Source: Chrysomallon squamiferum (taxonomy: Eukaryota > Animalia > Mollusca). From it: a stretch of DNA of 64,000 bases. The notes under the pieces were generated by a model. It made no database searches and was not told where the DNA came from. It saw only the letters and a list, made by a program, of their open reading frames with translations. Location: positions 24,800,001 through 24,864,000 of the forward strand of contig CM022672.1 of the NCBI GenBank assembly GCA_012295275.1. The letters are read 5' to 3'. Position 1 is the first letter of the stretch. The number at the start of each line of letters is the position of its first letter. Of the stretch, positions 9,572-24,372 are shown piece by piece. A program made the position numbers and the translations under genes.

Positions 9572-10620
9572 CACCAATACTGGTGATGGTGGCGACAGTT
9601 CTGGTAACAGATAGGAAGTATAATGATGATAGCAAATGCATTTATTATTATTATTTAAAACTTTTAACTGATTATTATATATGAACAACCCCTTGGCTTC
9701 ACCATGCTTTTACATGTATTGAACAGATACTTAGTTCAAAAAATAAAATAAACTATTAAATCACATTTAATGTGCTAAATCATTAAAAACACTTCTGAAA
9801 TGGCGTTTTTAAAATATGCTTGTTGTATACACATATCACTTCACTGAAACCAAATAAAAAGAAAATTAAGCAACATATGGCTTCATTCAATCTGTGTTTT
9901 TTAACTTCGTCTTTAAAAAAAAAAAAAAAAAAAAAATCATTCTTTAATGTTCAACGATCTTTGTCATACACACTCACAAAAACATCATTCCATGTGATTT
10001 TATCATTTCGACATGTGCTTCTTTTTTCTCTTTTTTTTTTTTTTCTTTGCTCTGAAATGAGTCCAGACTCTGAGACGGTATCAAGTATGAACGTTTTACA
10101 CACCTAACACCGGCTTTGACCGAGGCGAATCTCATTTTCTGACGATAATTCCCACACCTCTGAAATGCGCTTATCAAATGTCACAACACAGGCTCCTCTG
10201 AGACGAAACTTTCTCAAAATATTGTGAAACCCTAACTTTCCCCCGTAAAGAAAAAGATTATATATTTTCAGTAATCTTGGTGTTAACAATACTGAACAAA
10301 CAAAGTATTTCGTAGGGAAAACAAGCACAACACAAATGCCCTTTTTACTTATTTACAAAAGATCAGTAGTTTGTGATTTTTTGGTAGAGTCGATTTTGCA
10401 AGTTTATTATTATTATTTTTTTGCAGTTTACATTTTCCCCCATACTATGGTATCTGATTATATTATCTATTACGAACAAATAAGAAACCGCTTTCGTTTA
10501 TTAAAAACAAGAGTTTGTAGTTTATTTGTATATTTATTATTTATTTACGGTGCATTTGTTGTTGTCGTTGTTATTTGTTGGTTTTGTTGCTTTTGTTGAA
10601 AGTACTGTAGTGTAGTTGTA

Positions 10621-10679
<59 letters not shown>

Positions 10680-11099
10680 TAATAATTATTAATAATAACA
10701 ATAGTAGTAATAGTGGTAATATTGGAAGCATTATTACTAGTAATAACTGTAACATTAATATGTTTATAGTAATAGTAGCACTAATAATAATGGAAGTAAT
10801 AATTGTGGAAATGGTTAAAAAAGATAACTAATTAACTAAATACATACATCAGTATATAAGTAACGACTAACAATAATATTTAATATAATTCAGTGTGTAT
10901 GTGTGTGTATATATATATATGTGGATTTCATTTCTGTTTCAAAAACGCTGATATGTTATTTAATATATATTATGGTGAACAAGCTTTGTAAGAAAATTAA
11001 AAGTAATGAAAAACAAAAATAAGAGAAAAATAAAGAAAGAATGAAAGTTTAAAAAATAAAACAAAAATCAGTGTATAAAAGTATTCAAAAGAATAGTGT

Positions 11100-11330
11100 A
11101 TTATTGTTTTTTCTAATTTATTTAAGCAAAATGTTATATTTTTTCTTTTTGTTTACTTTTTTTTTCCTACTTTCTACGCATTGGATGTTTTTTCTATTTT
11201 TCTATTTTCTTTGTTTATTCTAATGCTCACGTGTGAATGTTGTCTTCTTTTTCAGATTGTTCTAATTTCTACGTGTAAAATATTTGTTTGGACGACTTTG
11301 ATATGATTTGTTGTAAGTTCTACTTGTAAG
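11100..11330. repeat. Decayed T-rich minisatellite, copy 1
   Basis: ttgttctaatttctacgtgtaaaat...acgactt..atat..tttgttgtaagttctacttgtaa aligns colinearly with 15880-15992. Confidence 0.7.
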
Positions 11331-14300
11331 AAAAGTGAATAAAAAATGAATAATCTGAATGTAAAAAGAAAAAAGGAAGGAAAGAAAGAAAAAAAGGTAA
11401 AAGAAAAGTAAGTAAGAAATATTAAAGCTAAAATTAATGTATAAACGTATTTAAAAGAATTAAAGAAATAAAGAAAAAAGGAAAAAGGAAAGAGCAAATG
11501 AAAAAGAAAAGAAAGAAGGAGAAAAATCAAAGAAACAACGAATCAATAAATAAGAAGGAAGGAAGGCAAGAAGACTGCAGTGTCTAAAATAAAACATTTT
11601 CAAACCGTTAGGTTGTACAGTCGCTTCTCTGTGTCATTTGTCGACGTGTTCCCTTTTCGTTTAGAATGAGATTTACACGATAAAAAGTTGAGAAGACCGC
11701 AGAAGAACCAGAGAAACTGTGGCATGGATATATTACACTTTATGTTACTGATACGTTACACAGGACACCTGTTTGTGACAGATCATTCACAGAAATTATC
11801 TAAATGTCTTACATCAGACGCAGGCAGAGACGTAATATATTATGTATTGTTTTTGTTTGATTACTTTTTTACTTTGTTTTGCCTGTTGGTTTTTGTTTTT
11901 GTTTTCTTTTTTTTTTTTCTTCTAATAATGATGGTCCATGACGATGAACATTTTTGATTATGATTATTATTACTACTGTTGTTGTTGTTGTTGTTGTTGT
12001 TGTCTTCTTCAACATATTCATTACCATTAACAACATTATTACTGTCTGTTTGTTAATTCCTTTAGCTCTTTTTTGTAAAATAAAAATTTATTAACACAGC
12101 ATCTATCTTTATTTATAATGCAGCTATTAATAATGATGATGATGATGATAATAATAATAATAATAATAAAAAGTCAAAAAAAAAAAACAGCACTAAAACA
12201 CTTCAATTTTACTGCTCTTGAACGGTACATAGCAGATGCAAATGAACGAAATGTATATAGCAATGCAGTAAAATACTACATAAAATCGAAATTTTATTTA
12301 AAATCCTTTTAAAAGCTGTCTTTTAGCCTGACAACTGCACCTGAAAACTTGCTCATCGTAAAACAACCATAATTAACACAACACGAAATTCGCTTCTTTT
12401 CGTATTTTTTTCACTCCCATTTTCTGCTGTACCTTCTCAAAATAGACACATAAATTTAGTTTGAACCATACAAAGTCGTTTGCCTTTACTTTCAGTATGT
12501 ATTTGAACTTTACAGACTGGCAGTTCAAATGATGTATAGTCCTAAAAGTAATCAGACCACCCCTGAATGTCTGACAAATTCTTCCATTCGATTAGGCGAT
12601 GCGTTCCCTCAACGTCAGATCATATCCTCCATTGCAGTTATTAATAGTAATTTATGCTATCACGTGACTCCCGTTTTGGCAGCATGGCACGAACTGACGT
12701 TATCGGCTGCGATCACTTCTTCGGCGGGTAAAAAATTTCACTTCTGTCATTATCTTTTGTTGTTGACACTCTGTCGGTGTGAAATGCTAATCCTGTTTTG
12801 GAAATCGAGCAAGAAGATAAGAGTTGTAAAAGAAATCTGATAACAGAAGATCTATTTAATAATGTCTTTTATGTGTAAGTATTTTATGCAGGGCCTAGTA
12901 GATTGATGGGTTTTTTTGAATGTGTGTGTGGTTTTCTATGTTGTGGAAGTTTCCGGAAAGACTTTCTTCGAAAACGTCATATAGGTGAAGATGACCAGAG
13001 ATCTCCCTCGTACTGATAAGTTTTATTTATTGAGCATGCAGAACAATATATTATGAAAACGTATGCGTATACATCTAAATAAAAATTCCGATAAACACGG
13101 GAATACATTAGAAGAATATAGGTAGTGCTATCCATAAACTGGAAGGTTTGAAGTCCAGCGCAACATAGATGCTGGTATTGATGAAAATAAACCTCCCTTC
13201 TGTCTCTGTATTCCAGTATCTCTGACTGATTTAACTATATTACATCAGAACAGAGTAGCTGTACAGTTATTGTTCTAATATATTTTACTTTATTACTATC
13301 TTCTTATTCTGTTAATGATGGATAAACAGTTTACAAAATAAAATAAAAAAAGTAAATAAATAAATTTAAGAAAACAAAACAAATAAATATATATATATAT
13401 AAAATTAAAATAAATATACGAACATATATAGGAATATCTACTTATCTACCTAGACACAAATATAAATAAAAGAATATACCCCGAAGTGTAAAACGAAAAC
13501 GAAAGAAAGAAAAAGAACAAAAAATGTATTTTCTTGGTGTTTTTTATTTTTTATTTTTTTAAATAAAACATCGCTCATAACTCACTAGACAGACCTTGGA
13601 AATATCTAAAATCACCTTTCTACAATAGCCACGTTATTTTTGCTTGGCCGATACCTAGCGGACAAGACAGTAAATAATAGAACAATTAATTGTGCCTCTG
13701 AGCATTAGGAACAGGAACACGTGCATCGAACGCGCGACTCGCTGATAGCAGACGGCAGGAATTATGACGGAAAATGGCGAAAGAGGCAAAATTTATCTCG
13801 AGAGTACAGCTGTGGGGAATGGGCCAAACAAGTGAGAGATGAAAATAAGTTGTCTTCTTTGTACTTATCTCTGGGCGTAGAAGTCATGTGACAGGCACCA
13901 GTATTTACGACGAAGGAATCGAGCGGGTCGGACGGATTCACAATCAGGCCTGATAACTTTATGGGCTGACGAAGACACTTGCGCTTTTATTGCCGTTTTT
14001 TTCTTAGCCGTTGAGGGACACAATGGGTAAAATATCAGACGAAACTCGCCACATGTTTTATTTATAAACAAGGCAATAAAACATAAGAAATTAAGTGTGC
14101 ACCAAAGCCCGTTTCATCTCATATTTCTTGTCAGCCATTTTATTTTTTTTAATTTTAAATGATTTCCTTTCTTGTTTTCGCTTTCTTTTTAAGATATTTA
14201 TGGCTTAACTACATGAAACCTTGTTTTTTTGCTTTTCCGTTTTCCTTTCTTATTTTTTTCCCACCGTTTTTTTCAGTCATTTATAAACTGAAATGATTAA

Positions 14301-15309
14301 CGTCTAAAGAATTATTAACTTTATAAAAATTACGTGCAATTAAGAGAACAAACAAACTAGACAATTTATCTTTGAAACTGCTAAAGCACTACATTATGTA
14401 GCAGAGAGATCATCTTACTGTAAAATTTAGAACCTTTTTTTTTTCTTGATTTGATCTATGAAAAACAAATGTTTTTCAATGAGTTTTTAGACTATAGTTT
14501 AAGAATAAAAGTGTGTAACAAAACAAACAAACAATAAAAAAATGTCTTACATCATCAAAAGAAAAATAATTATGCTTTTGTTAAAAAAAAATTTAATAGA
14601 ATAAATTCTGATGATAAATATAATTTCTTTTATTTATGAATACATTTACGTATTATCTTTAACATGAAAGCTTTATTCACATTTTTAAATATTTTACTTT
14701 CATATTATAACATATAAATTTAAATAAGAGTATCTGTAGCATTAAAAACGTATTTGGGTTTTTCGCAGATTTTAATGTCATCTAATATACATTTGTGACC
14801 TAAAGTTTTCCACTTATAACTTGATCGACAACTTTCAAAGAATTTAAATGTTTCCGTTTGCAGACATCCCCATTACACAGTGAGTTACGGTTTTACTATA
14901 AAAATATCACACTTCTGGTCTTTGATGAAAACCGTCTTGTTGACGTATCGTTTTCTTCAGAGAGGCGCTCTCGACAAAGAGCATGTGCAAGTGGGCAGAA
15001 ATGACATGACGAATGGGAGCTGTAGATGGACAGATTCGAACCCGACATGCTCACGTTGCTGTACATTGCACGACTAAATACTTTATGTGCTTCTCTCCTG
15101 ACAGACACAGAGAAACATTTGTTCGCAAACGACCAAATAATGGGCAGGAATTCTAAAAGTTCCAAGCTCGTAGAAAACGTCTCGCAACGATAAGGAGAGC
15201 CATAAATATTGCCTTCTAGCACCGACTTATTTTGTATGGCTGTCGCCACCACACACACATCACATCCATTCCTTACAGCCTGAGTTCCAGATACAGGCTC
15301 TGTTCTCAT

Positions 15310-16130
15310 TTCTGTGCGTAGAATAATCTTGATCCTTCTAGACTGTTCTTTTCCCTTTCGTTTTGGTTCGTTCCAGTTTTTACGTGTAGATTGTTTTGGG
15401 TTTTTTTTTTTTTCACTTTTTTTTACTTTGTTCTTTTTTCGTTTCTTTAATTTGTTCTAATTTTTAAGGGTAGACTTTTTCTGCCTTTTTAGTTTCTTCT
15501 AGCTTTTACGTGTAACACAGGGGTTTTTTTTTGTTGTTTTTTTTGTTGTTTTTTTTTTTTTTTTTTTTTTGTTCTTTTTTTGTATGTTCTTTATTTTGTT
15601 TTCATTTTTGATTTTAGATTCTTCTTTTCCTCTGCTTTAGGTATGTTGTAGTTTTTTAGGTGTCGATTATTCTTTTTAGCCAATTACGTTTAATTCTTAA
15701 TTTTAATTTATAAATTTAGACCGTTCTTTTCCCCAATTTTTTAGTTTGTTCTAATTGCTTTACCGTTTTCTTTAGTCTTTTTTTTATCTCCGATTTTTCT
15801 ATGTAAAATATTTTATTTTCCATTTTGTTTACTTTTATCTAGTTTCTACGTTTTGAATATTTTTTTTTTTTTTTTTTTTAATTTGTACTAATGTTCACGT
15901 GTTTTCCCTTTTTTAAAATTTGTTCTAATTGCTATGTGTAAAATACTCTTTTGTACGACTTGTATATAGTCTGTTGTAAGTTCTGCTTGTAAAATGTCTT
16001 ATTATCTGTTGTATGTGCAGATTGTTACCTTTTTATATTCGTAGCTTTGTTCTAATTATTTATGTAGAATGTTCCTATCCATCCCTTTTTATTTAGTTCT
16101 TTTGAATTTCTAAATGCTGAAAGTTCTTAT
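15310..16130. repeat. Decayed T-rich minisatellite array, copy 2 (core TTGTTCTAATTTYTACGTGTARA)
   Basis: Core variants recur near 15365, 15451, 15493, 15645, 15746, 15883, 15920 and 16047, separated by T tracts. Confidence 0.65.
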
Positions 16131-17544
16131 TTTTTGCTTTTTCTATTAACCTGTCTATGTATATCAATAAATGTGTACTTGTCAATACACCCATTCATCT
16201 TTCTTTCATTTGCATTGTATTTTATTAGTTCTTAATAATATACGAAATTATCAATATTCATTCGTTCTGAAATTTTCTGAGTGCTATTATTCTTTTTCTT
16301 TCGTATCCATGATTTATTAAAAATTACTGACAGCTTCATCGTTCGTAGCAAGAATGATGTGAAACAGCCTTGCTTTTATACGGATTTATTTATTTATTTA
16401 TTTATTTTTTATTTTGTTTATTTAATTTATTACTTTATTTTATAGAAATACTTAATAAGTAATCTATCTAATCTTTGCTTTTCCCAAAGAAACCTTAACT
16501 GTATAGGGAATTTTTCTGTAATGACTTGAAAAATATACTGAAAAGTGTACACAAGGGTAAGAAAATAAGTTACAGAAGTAAAAAGGTAAACAAACTACGT
16601 GATAAATCAACTGTTTTTATAATCTGTTCTCGTAGGTTTTCTTTGACAAAGTGCAGAAAGTTTTGCGTGAAGAATTATTCCGGAAATGCATTATTAAATC
16701 AAAATAACTTCTTTTCTGCTAAACTGCATGCAACAACATCAGGCCTGGCGTTCCACTGGGCGCGTGCACTTGGCTCGAGGAGAAAACGCGCGTGGGGCGT
16801 GACGTCTGCACCGTGAGGTCGGGGCATCTGAGGACGAGCATTTGTGGAAAACGTTTAGAAGATCGGACTCCTGGGTATACACGCGCTGGCCTCACGTGCT
16901 CCAAGGCTCCTTACGAGAAAGACAAATTTCCGAACGTAGCAACCTCGCTCGAACAACAAGCAGTGCAGGTTAATATTTCATTAACGATATCCGCAGAAAT
17001 ATCCACTCGATTGGCTTTGGACTTTTATTAAGAATGAAAACCAGAGAGGCAACAGGTGTAGGGTTATTTTATCTTCTTCTTTTCTTTCAGTTCCTTCTTC
17101 TGTTTCGATAGCAAGTATCAAGTCAAGTTTAAGATGACGTTTTTAACGAAAATGTTTGGATTGCTATACAATAATGTTTGTCTTATTTGTCATTTCATCC
17201 GTGTCGATATAAAGTTGTATATATTTAAATTCACGCTACTGACAACTGTTATATCAAAATTATATAAAGCAACTTTTTGTTAGACTATAAAAATTATAGT
17301 TTTAGCGTAAAGTTAACTAACATAGAGTTATAGAAACCGATCTTCGTAAGCAGAGGAAACATTCTTCATCTACTATAAAGAAATACTGAAGTCAATTGTA
17401 ATTGTTGTGTGTTAAAAAGATAAATAGAAAATGATGTCTTTAGTGAAGGCAGACTCTTTGCGTAACAACAAAATATTTATTTTTATATTAAAAAAAAGAG
17501 ATATCCTTGACCACCCAAATACAGATATATGCCGGTAGTAGTAG

Positions 17545-17575
<31 letters not shown>

Positions 17576-20500
17576 GTTGCTCCAAGTAATATTACTAGGC
17601 AGCTATAAAATAGCAGGATTCTTATTAACCGTCACATATTTAGTATTTTTTTAAATTAAATATTCCATTTTCCAATGTGGTTGAATAAGCAACGTTTATG
17701 CCTAGTATTACTTACTTTAAAGATTAATTATCATGAAAACATATTTGATTATTGCTTGATGCCCACGTATCATATTTATAATGTATTTTATGCCTACACA
17801 ATTATGTGCTAATGAGATGGTCAATTTTTTCATATTCAGAATAATAGATCGCATTGTCTGCTCTGCCTGCAATATCGGTACACCAAAAGGGACTAATAGA
17901 TGTTAAAATATTCCACGAACAACAGCATTTAAAATAGAATTTAAACATTCTATAACTGTCACGTAATAATTTTTGTTGACGTTCATAAAATAAAATATTC
18001 TTCTGATTAAAACTAACGTCCGTAAAAAAATCAAATCTTTTTTATATTAGTAACTACAGACTAAATATAAATTAATACTCTTTAGAGTCACGTTAGAAAT
18101 TTTTACTATGGCAATTTAGAAAACCAAATTTTATAACTAAATAGTGCAATAATTTTGCTATCGAATATAGCAATGCGAATATTATTTCTGTTCATTCACT
18201 TAAACAAAATACGCCTTTATAACTGTTGCTCTTTAAGACTAGTGATTATATCCTGTTGGCACCAACCCAGAACTCTTTCTGCAAATTCAAAGCTACTGTT
18301 CTAGTTCTTCTCTGTTGCTAATCTTCTAATCCTCCAACTCTAATACTGTCTTTTGGCACTCAGTTGAAAATTCTGCGCCCACAACAGAAGGTCTTTATAA
18401 ACATGTTTGTGTTTTTCAGTAACAATTTCAACCCTCTTTTTTTTATATGTATTTTTTAGATCTCAACCTGATATATATTAGTAATCATATATGGCTTTTT
18501 TCAGTTCATTATATTTAATAAGGTTCTGCTTGAAAAGACATTCTGGAGCAGAGAAATGATGTTATAGTTGATTATAATATGAGCAAGTTGTTTGTTCTGT
18601 GTAAAATCTATATTTTCATTTTGTTTCTCTTTTTTTTTATAATTTCACCTTTCGTACAAGATTTTAATATCGACTATATCGACAGTATTAGGATTTATTC
18701 ATTATTATTATTATTTTTTTATTATTATTTACTTATTTGTCTTTCACATTTATTTATTTTTTTATTTACTTCGTTATAAAAAGAAGATTAATTTATCTGT
18801 CTTCCTCTGTTTTATTTTCTTTCCTCTTCTTCATTCATTCGTAATCTTTGCACGCGTTGTGTCTTAAAACTGTTCGAGGGATTTCTATAAAATGAATCAG
18901 TATCGTGTCACAGAACAATTAACAATTAATCCCAACAGCAAATTATCACAAACAACTTCAGATTATGGTGGTAAATCTAGAAAAATTGCTGTAAAGACAC
19001 AATAACTGGCGTTTGTCAGGATTACTGCAATTATACAGGGATAAAATATTTTGTGGATTTAGACAGCGTGGTTGACCAGTTTGTAATCTTCTACTACACG
19101 CAATTATCTTATAAATCGTCTCTTTGACCGCTGTACAAAACTGCCTTCTTCCAGTCCGATTTAAAAAATGCAGAAACGTAAGTTCATTTTCTAACGCTAA
19201 CCTTATAAACTGCCGTTTCTTAACTATTTGTTTTAAGTTATTATTCTGTTGTGTTTTCTTTCTTTCTTTCTTTTTTTTTTTTTTTTAAATACAGCAAAAT
19301 GTACTTAAACGACCTTTTTATATTGACCTATTTAGGTTAACCATGTTACGTAAGATATGCACATACACACAAGAAGAACACAGATAACTGAATGTGAAAA
19401 AAAAAAATATATATATATATATATTCAACTTGAACCAATACGATTTACATGCATTAGATATATACAAAAATAAAATAAAATAAAATGTTCTTACTGATGT
19501 TTTTATTTTTCTTTCTTTTTTCTTAAGATATTCAAATAAAGAAAAAATTATTATATTTATTTTTTTCCAATTTTTTAGATATAGATATTTTTTTGTTTTT
19601 CCTTCTTCTTCTTCTTCTTCTTGTTTTTATTCTAACGTAATCTTAGTATGTCATTTATAAAAAGTCCTCAGAGAATATGAGATTTGTAATCGGAAACACT
19701 TCTCTTCGATCATTTCCGTATTTGCGGAACATCCCTGATAGCCGACTTCCGATTGAGTCTCACGATACACTTTACTTCTCGTCGCGGCTGAGGCGAAAGA
19801 CAAAACTGTATTGTTCTCGCGAGCATCCTAGCGTCGTGACGCAGGTGCTGTCGTGCGCACGTAATTGCAGCGAGACTTTCCAGTCCGTGCGGCCAGTTGC
19901 AACTTCTACCGTCAAAGATACATCGGGAAAAATAAAAGAATAGATGCGACAAAATCATGAACTTTTAACACCCGACATACTGTGAAAATAAGTGAACAAA
20001 GTGAATATGTGGTCACTGGTCTTTCATAATATGATGCGTCTTTTCAAAGGATAATTGGGCCTATAGTATTACTAGTGAGCAAGCGTCCACTGATACAATG
20101 GTCTCTTGTGAGTAGCGGTTGTAGAGGTTTATTTGAACTAGAAATCATTGTTCTTAATAAAGGTGTCGGATATATGAAGCTGGTGCTTCTCGAAAGGGAC
20201 AAACATAAAAAAAAAAAAAAAGAAAGAAAGAAAGAAAAAAGAGAAGTGGCAGTCCTCTTGAATTTTCAGTAAGACCTACTTGGTTCAGACTTACTGAATA
20301 CACTACGTCAAGTAGAGGTGTGTCTAAATTATTTTGTATTGTGAGCAGAACTACGTTATGTTATATGTTATCCAGGATGTAGCAGTATAGTGTTATGTAT
20401 ATTATTTAGCACGTAACTCGAACATTAAATAAGATCTTACTTGTTTATCTGATGGTATACAATTTATCGTTGTCAATTTTTTGATTCAGTATTTGCATTT

Positions 20501-21291
20501 CATGGTAATTTCGCTTTCCTATTTTTTATTTGTTTTCATGCTTTTTTTAGAACTTTTGAAAAAAAAAATCTGACTTGGTTTCGATATTACAGAAGGGGTT
20601 AATTTAATTTTGTAATTTATTGTGTTTTTGTCACTGAAATAAAAATGATGTAAAAGTAATCTGCTGTTCACTGTGGGTTTTTTTTAAAATGTGAAGAAAT
20701 ACATACAGTTCTACATTCTCTGATCCGTCTCTTGCAGAAAACAAGGACAGGCAAACAAACTATTCCCACGTTTTTATAAATGATACCGATCCACTACATT
20801 CTTAATACACAAGATGGTTAGCGACAAGCCTTAACTAAAACTGACAAAAGAAACTGATTTTAATCCTGATCCGAAAGTAGATGGAAAAGTCAGGAATAAT
20901 GTCACCCATTTTGAAAAACATAATGCATTCACTGTTTATAATCCTGCCTGTTTTTAAGTCCATATATAAAATAGTAACAATTAAAAGATTATGTGGTCTG
21001 AGAATATTACGGTTTATAGAATGTCTGTTTGGATGATGTTATATGATCTCATTTTACGAATAATATTCTAGTGTGAAGAAGTGATCGCCACTGTTGAATT
21101 TTGATGAAGTCACTGTCTTTAGAATTTTGAACTTCTTCGGTAAAATAATACATTCTCCAGACTTTCTAACGTCGAATTAAACATGTAATCCTCGTAAATG
21201 CATAATTTAATAATAATTTACTCTTTTATACATTATCAAGAAAATTAACATCTACAAGCATCCGTCAGTTAATAAAATAATAAAATAATAA

Positions 21292-21292
<1 letters not shown>

Positions 21293-21359
<67 letters not shown>
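21293..21359. repeat. (AAT)n microsatellite, one of many such tracts in the window
   Basis: Direct reading. Confidence 0.95.
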
Positions 21360-21361
<2 letters not shown>

Positions 21362-22095
21362 TGACGACGACGATATGACTGTGGGTGTGTGGGTTATTTA
21401 TTATGTAAATATTTTGAAAAAAATATTCTTTTTGCTTATATATTACATTATTCTTTCAGTTAAAACTTGTTGTTTAATATTCTTATATGCGTTACAGGCT
21501 GATAAAAAAAAAAAAAAAAATTAAAAATTAAAAAATAAAGGAAGAAGATAATGACGAATAAAGATAGCCAAAAAAAAAGAAAAAAAAAAAAAAAAAATAC
21601 AAAATAAATAAATAAATAAATAATAAAATTAACAGTATATATATATATATAACAACAAAAAATAAAAAAATAATAAAAAAATAATAATAATTTAATCTTT
21701 CCCAAATAATGACTCTTTTAAAACAGAGGAAAAGACATGAATACTTAAAATCCATAACTCGGTGTACTTGAAAATCGTTTTGCATCTGTCGCGCATCGAT
21801 TAAGAAACGCGCTTCCTTCACCCGGCGGTAAAAAACAAAACACAAGTACTTGTCCCGAGAAGGAAAAAATTGGAGAAAGTGCTTTTAATTATAACATCAA
21901 CACATTGCTGCCCTGGATGAGAACATTTAAGGATGAAAACTGCAACGACGACGTAAAATGACGGCACAAAGAAAAGAGACAGAGAACTCTTGAAGATTTG
22001 AGAAACGATGCTTGATAGTTGTGTTAATCAATGAGTTCTTTAACACGAGATGAGTAACTTACCAGTCTTAACATTACACATAAAATTTTCTTTAT

Positions 22096-22225
22096 TATTA
22101 TTGTTGTTGTTTTTTGCTGTTGTTGTTATTATTGTTATTATTATTATTGTTGTTGTTGTTGTTGTTGTTGCTGTTGTTGTTATTATTGTTATTATTATTA
22201 TTGTTGTTGTTGTTGCTGTTGTTAT
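22096..22225. repeat. Compound (TTG)/(TTA) microsatellite with a higher-order duplication
   Basis: gctgttgttgttattattgttattattattattgttgttgttgttg occurs twice in tandem. Confidence 0.8.
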
Positions 22226-24255
22226 TCGTATCATTGTTCTTATTGTTGTTATTATTAAAAGAACAATCGTAAACGTAACATTTATTATATTAGGTGTATA
22301 TTGATAAATAACTTTATTGTTTCTATTGTCTTAAAATAAAATTCTTGTATTTGATTAATAGTGTCTGTAACATAATTATCAGTCTTAGCAATATGTCTTA
22401 TATATTTTTAAATTATTAAAGTAAATTTTTCCGTATATTTAGTATGATCTTTTACTATTCTTTCTCCTCCTCCTATTACTATTACTACTACTACTATTAC
22501 TATTATTACTTACTATTGCTGCTATTATTTTCACTACTACAAAATTATTTACTGTATAATTTTGTTATTAGGAGTAATGATGGTCATAAAACTTTAATAA
22601 GTAAATAAACAATTAGTGGAAGAACTAAATGAATAAATCATCGTTTTCGGCAGAATACGTCAAACTTTTGAATTCCACAGACAATCGTAACGACCGCCAT
22701 TTTATTTGTTTCATTAGACACCAGGAAGCAGATGAAACATGACAAGAGCCGCACGTGCTTTCGTGCGTTACAAAAAGCGTTGTGTTCCCCAGCATTCTGA
22801 AGTGCAGGGCCTTTAAATAATTCGAAACTCCCTGGAGAAAAGGCAAATTTCAATTGGAACAGATTGCCATCACTTTTCCATATTGCTGAGCGCAATTTGA
22901 GTACGGGTTTGCCTCAGTTTCGCTGAAAATTACACCCTGCCTCCATACATCAGCTTACACCCATGGGTTTGTTGGGTTGATTTTAGTTACAAACCTTTTA
23001 TGGCAGTGAAGCGAAACACCGTCCGCCAACTTTCGACAGTTTGTCTCTTGGCGTGGTGTACACAGTCCTTAATAACAGAGATTTAAGATGTGTGATTGAT
23101 GAAAATCGACTTAAAATTACTTCAACTGACAGCAACAGTGCGACCAAGCGGAAATCTTCAAAACTCAAAATGGCTGCCAAAAGACTGCTGGCAGACGACA
23201 CAGAATAGAAAATGACAGTAGTGTCCTCACGGTTACAGCCATATTAATATGCGTGGTCTCTGAACCAAACGTGTAATTAATTTTCGTTTACTAATTCGCT
23301 AGTGTTACAAAATTATATTTATTATAAAGTAGTCGATGTCACATCAGATGAATGTCACTGGTTCTTTCAATGCCCTCAGATATTCGTATATATTTTTAAA
23401 ATTCAAACGTCGGTTTCAAATTTATACAAAAAATTAGTCTTTTGAAATGTTTTTTCTATGTATATGGAAATAATAGGACTGTTTTAATCATCAAATATTT
23501 AGAACGACGATATTTTTACTAATGAGATTGTCATTTGTGAAAAAGGCTCAGTCTTAAAATAATAATAATAATATATGCAGTATGAATATTCACTACTGTA
23601 TATAAAATTATAACGAAAGAGATGACATAGGATTGGGAAAGTTAAATAAATGATGCAGTGGAAAAAGACTTGTGATGAATTAAGAAAAGATTAATTTCCT
23701 ACTGAAAAACTATAAGAGATATAGAATGATGACACAGAAATACATACAGACAGATAGAGAGACAGTGACGGAGATAAAGAGGCAGAAACTAAGAGAAATA
23801 CACACAAAAAAGCGCACGCACACACACACACATACACAGGACTGAAGAGTAAGCACATTCGAAATTTCTTTGCAAATAATGTTAGTCTTGTATTTAACAC
23901 ATTTTAAATGAAAAAATGCGTAACTATAAAATATTACAATTTTAACTTAATTAATTTGTTGTGAACAAATCATGGAATTGACGAACCTCGTTCATCCACA
24001 GTCTCTAAAACATGAAAAGAAAGAGGATGGAAATAAGTATTTAAGAAATATTAATTTCTATTTTTCAACTAATAATTTAAAAAAATTAATAAAAATTGTT
24101 ATTTCTGAAATATATAAACTTTTTATTTTTAAAATTTAATTTCGTTATAAAAGATAGTATTTATTAATTTTTATTATTATTATTTTTCAATTCATAATAT
24201 TACTATATTTTGAATAAAGAACAAACCCGTTAGTTATTTGTAAATTAAATGGACA

Positions 24256-24324
24256 AAAAAAAAAAAAAAAAAAAAAAAAATAAAAATAAAAAAAAAAAAA
24301 ATAAAAATAAAAATAAAAATAAAA

Positions 24325-24369
<45 letters not shown>

Positions 24370-24372
24370 AAA
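24256..24372. repeat. Poly-A grading into (TAAAAA)n then (TAAA)n
   Basis: Direct reading. Confidence 0.9.

Noticed and set aside
9344-9688. Poly-Val, poly-Ser and poly-Leu ORFs, and similar poly-Ile, LS, ER, YIHT and IYLF ORFs elsewhere
   Set aside because: Microsatellite translations.
14896-15309. 137-aa minus-strand ORF
   Set aside because: No recognisable domain or partner exons; a BLASTP or PhyloCSF signal would be needed to revive it.
24256-24372. Poly-A tract as the tail of a retrotransposon or processed pseudogene
   Set aside because: No element body, ORF remnant or target-site duplication is visible upstream, and poly-A/T runs are ubiquitous in this window.
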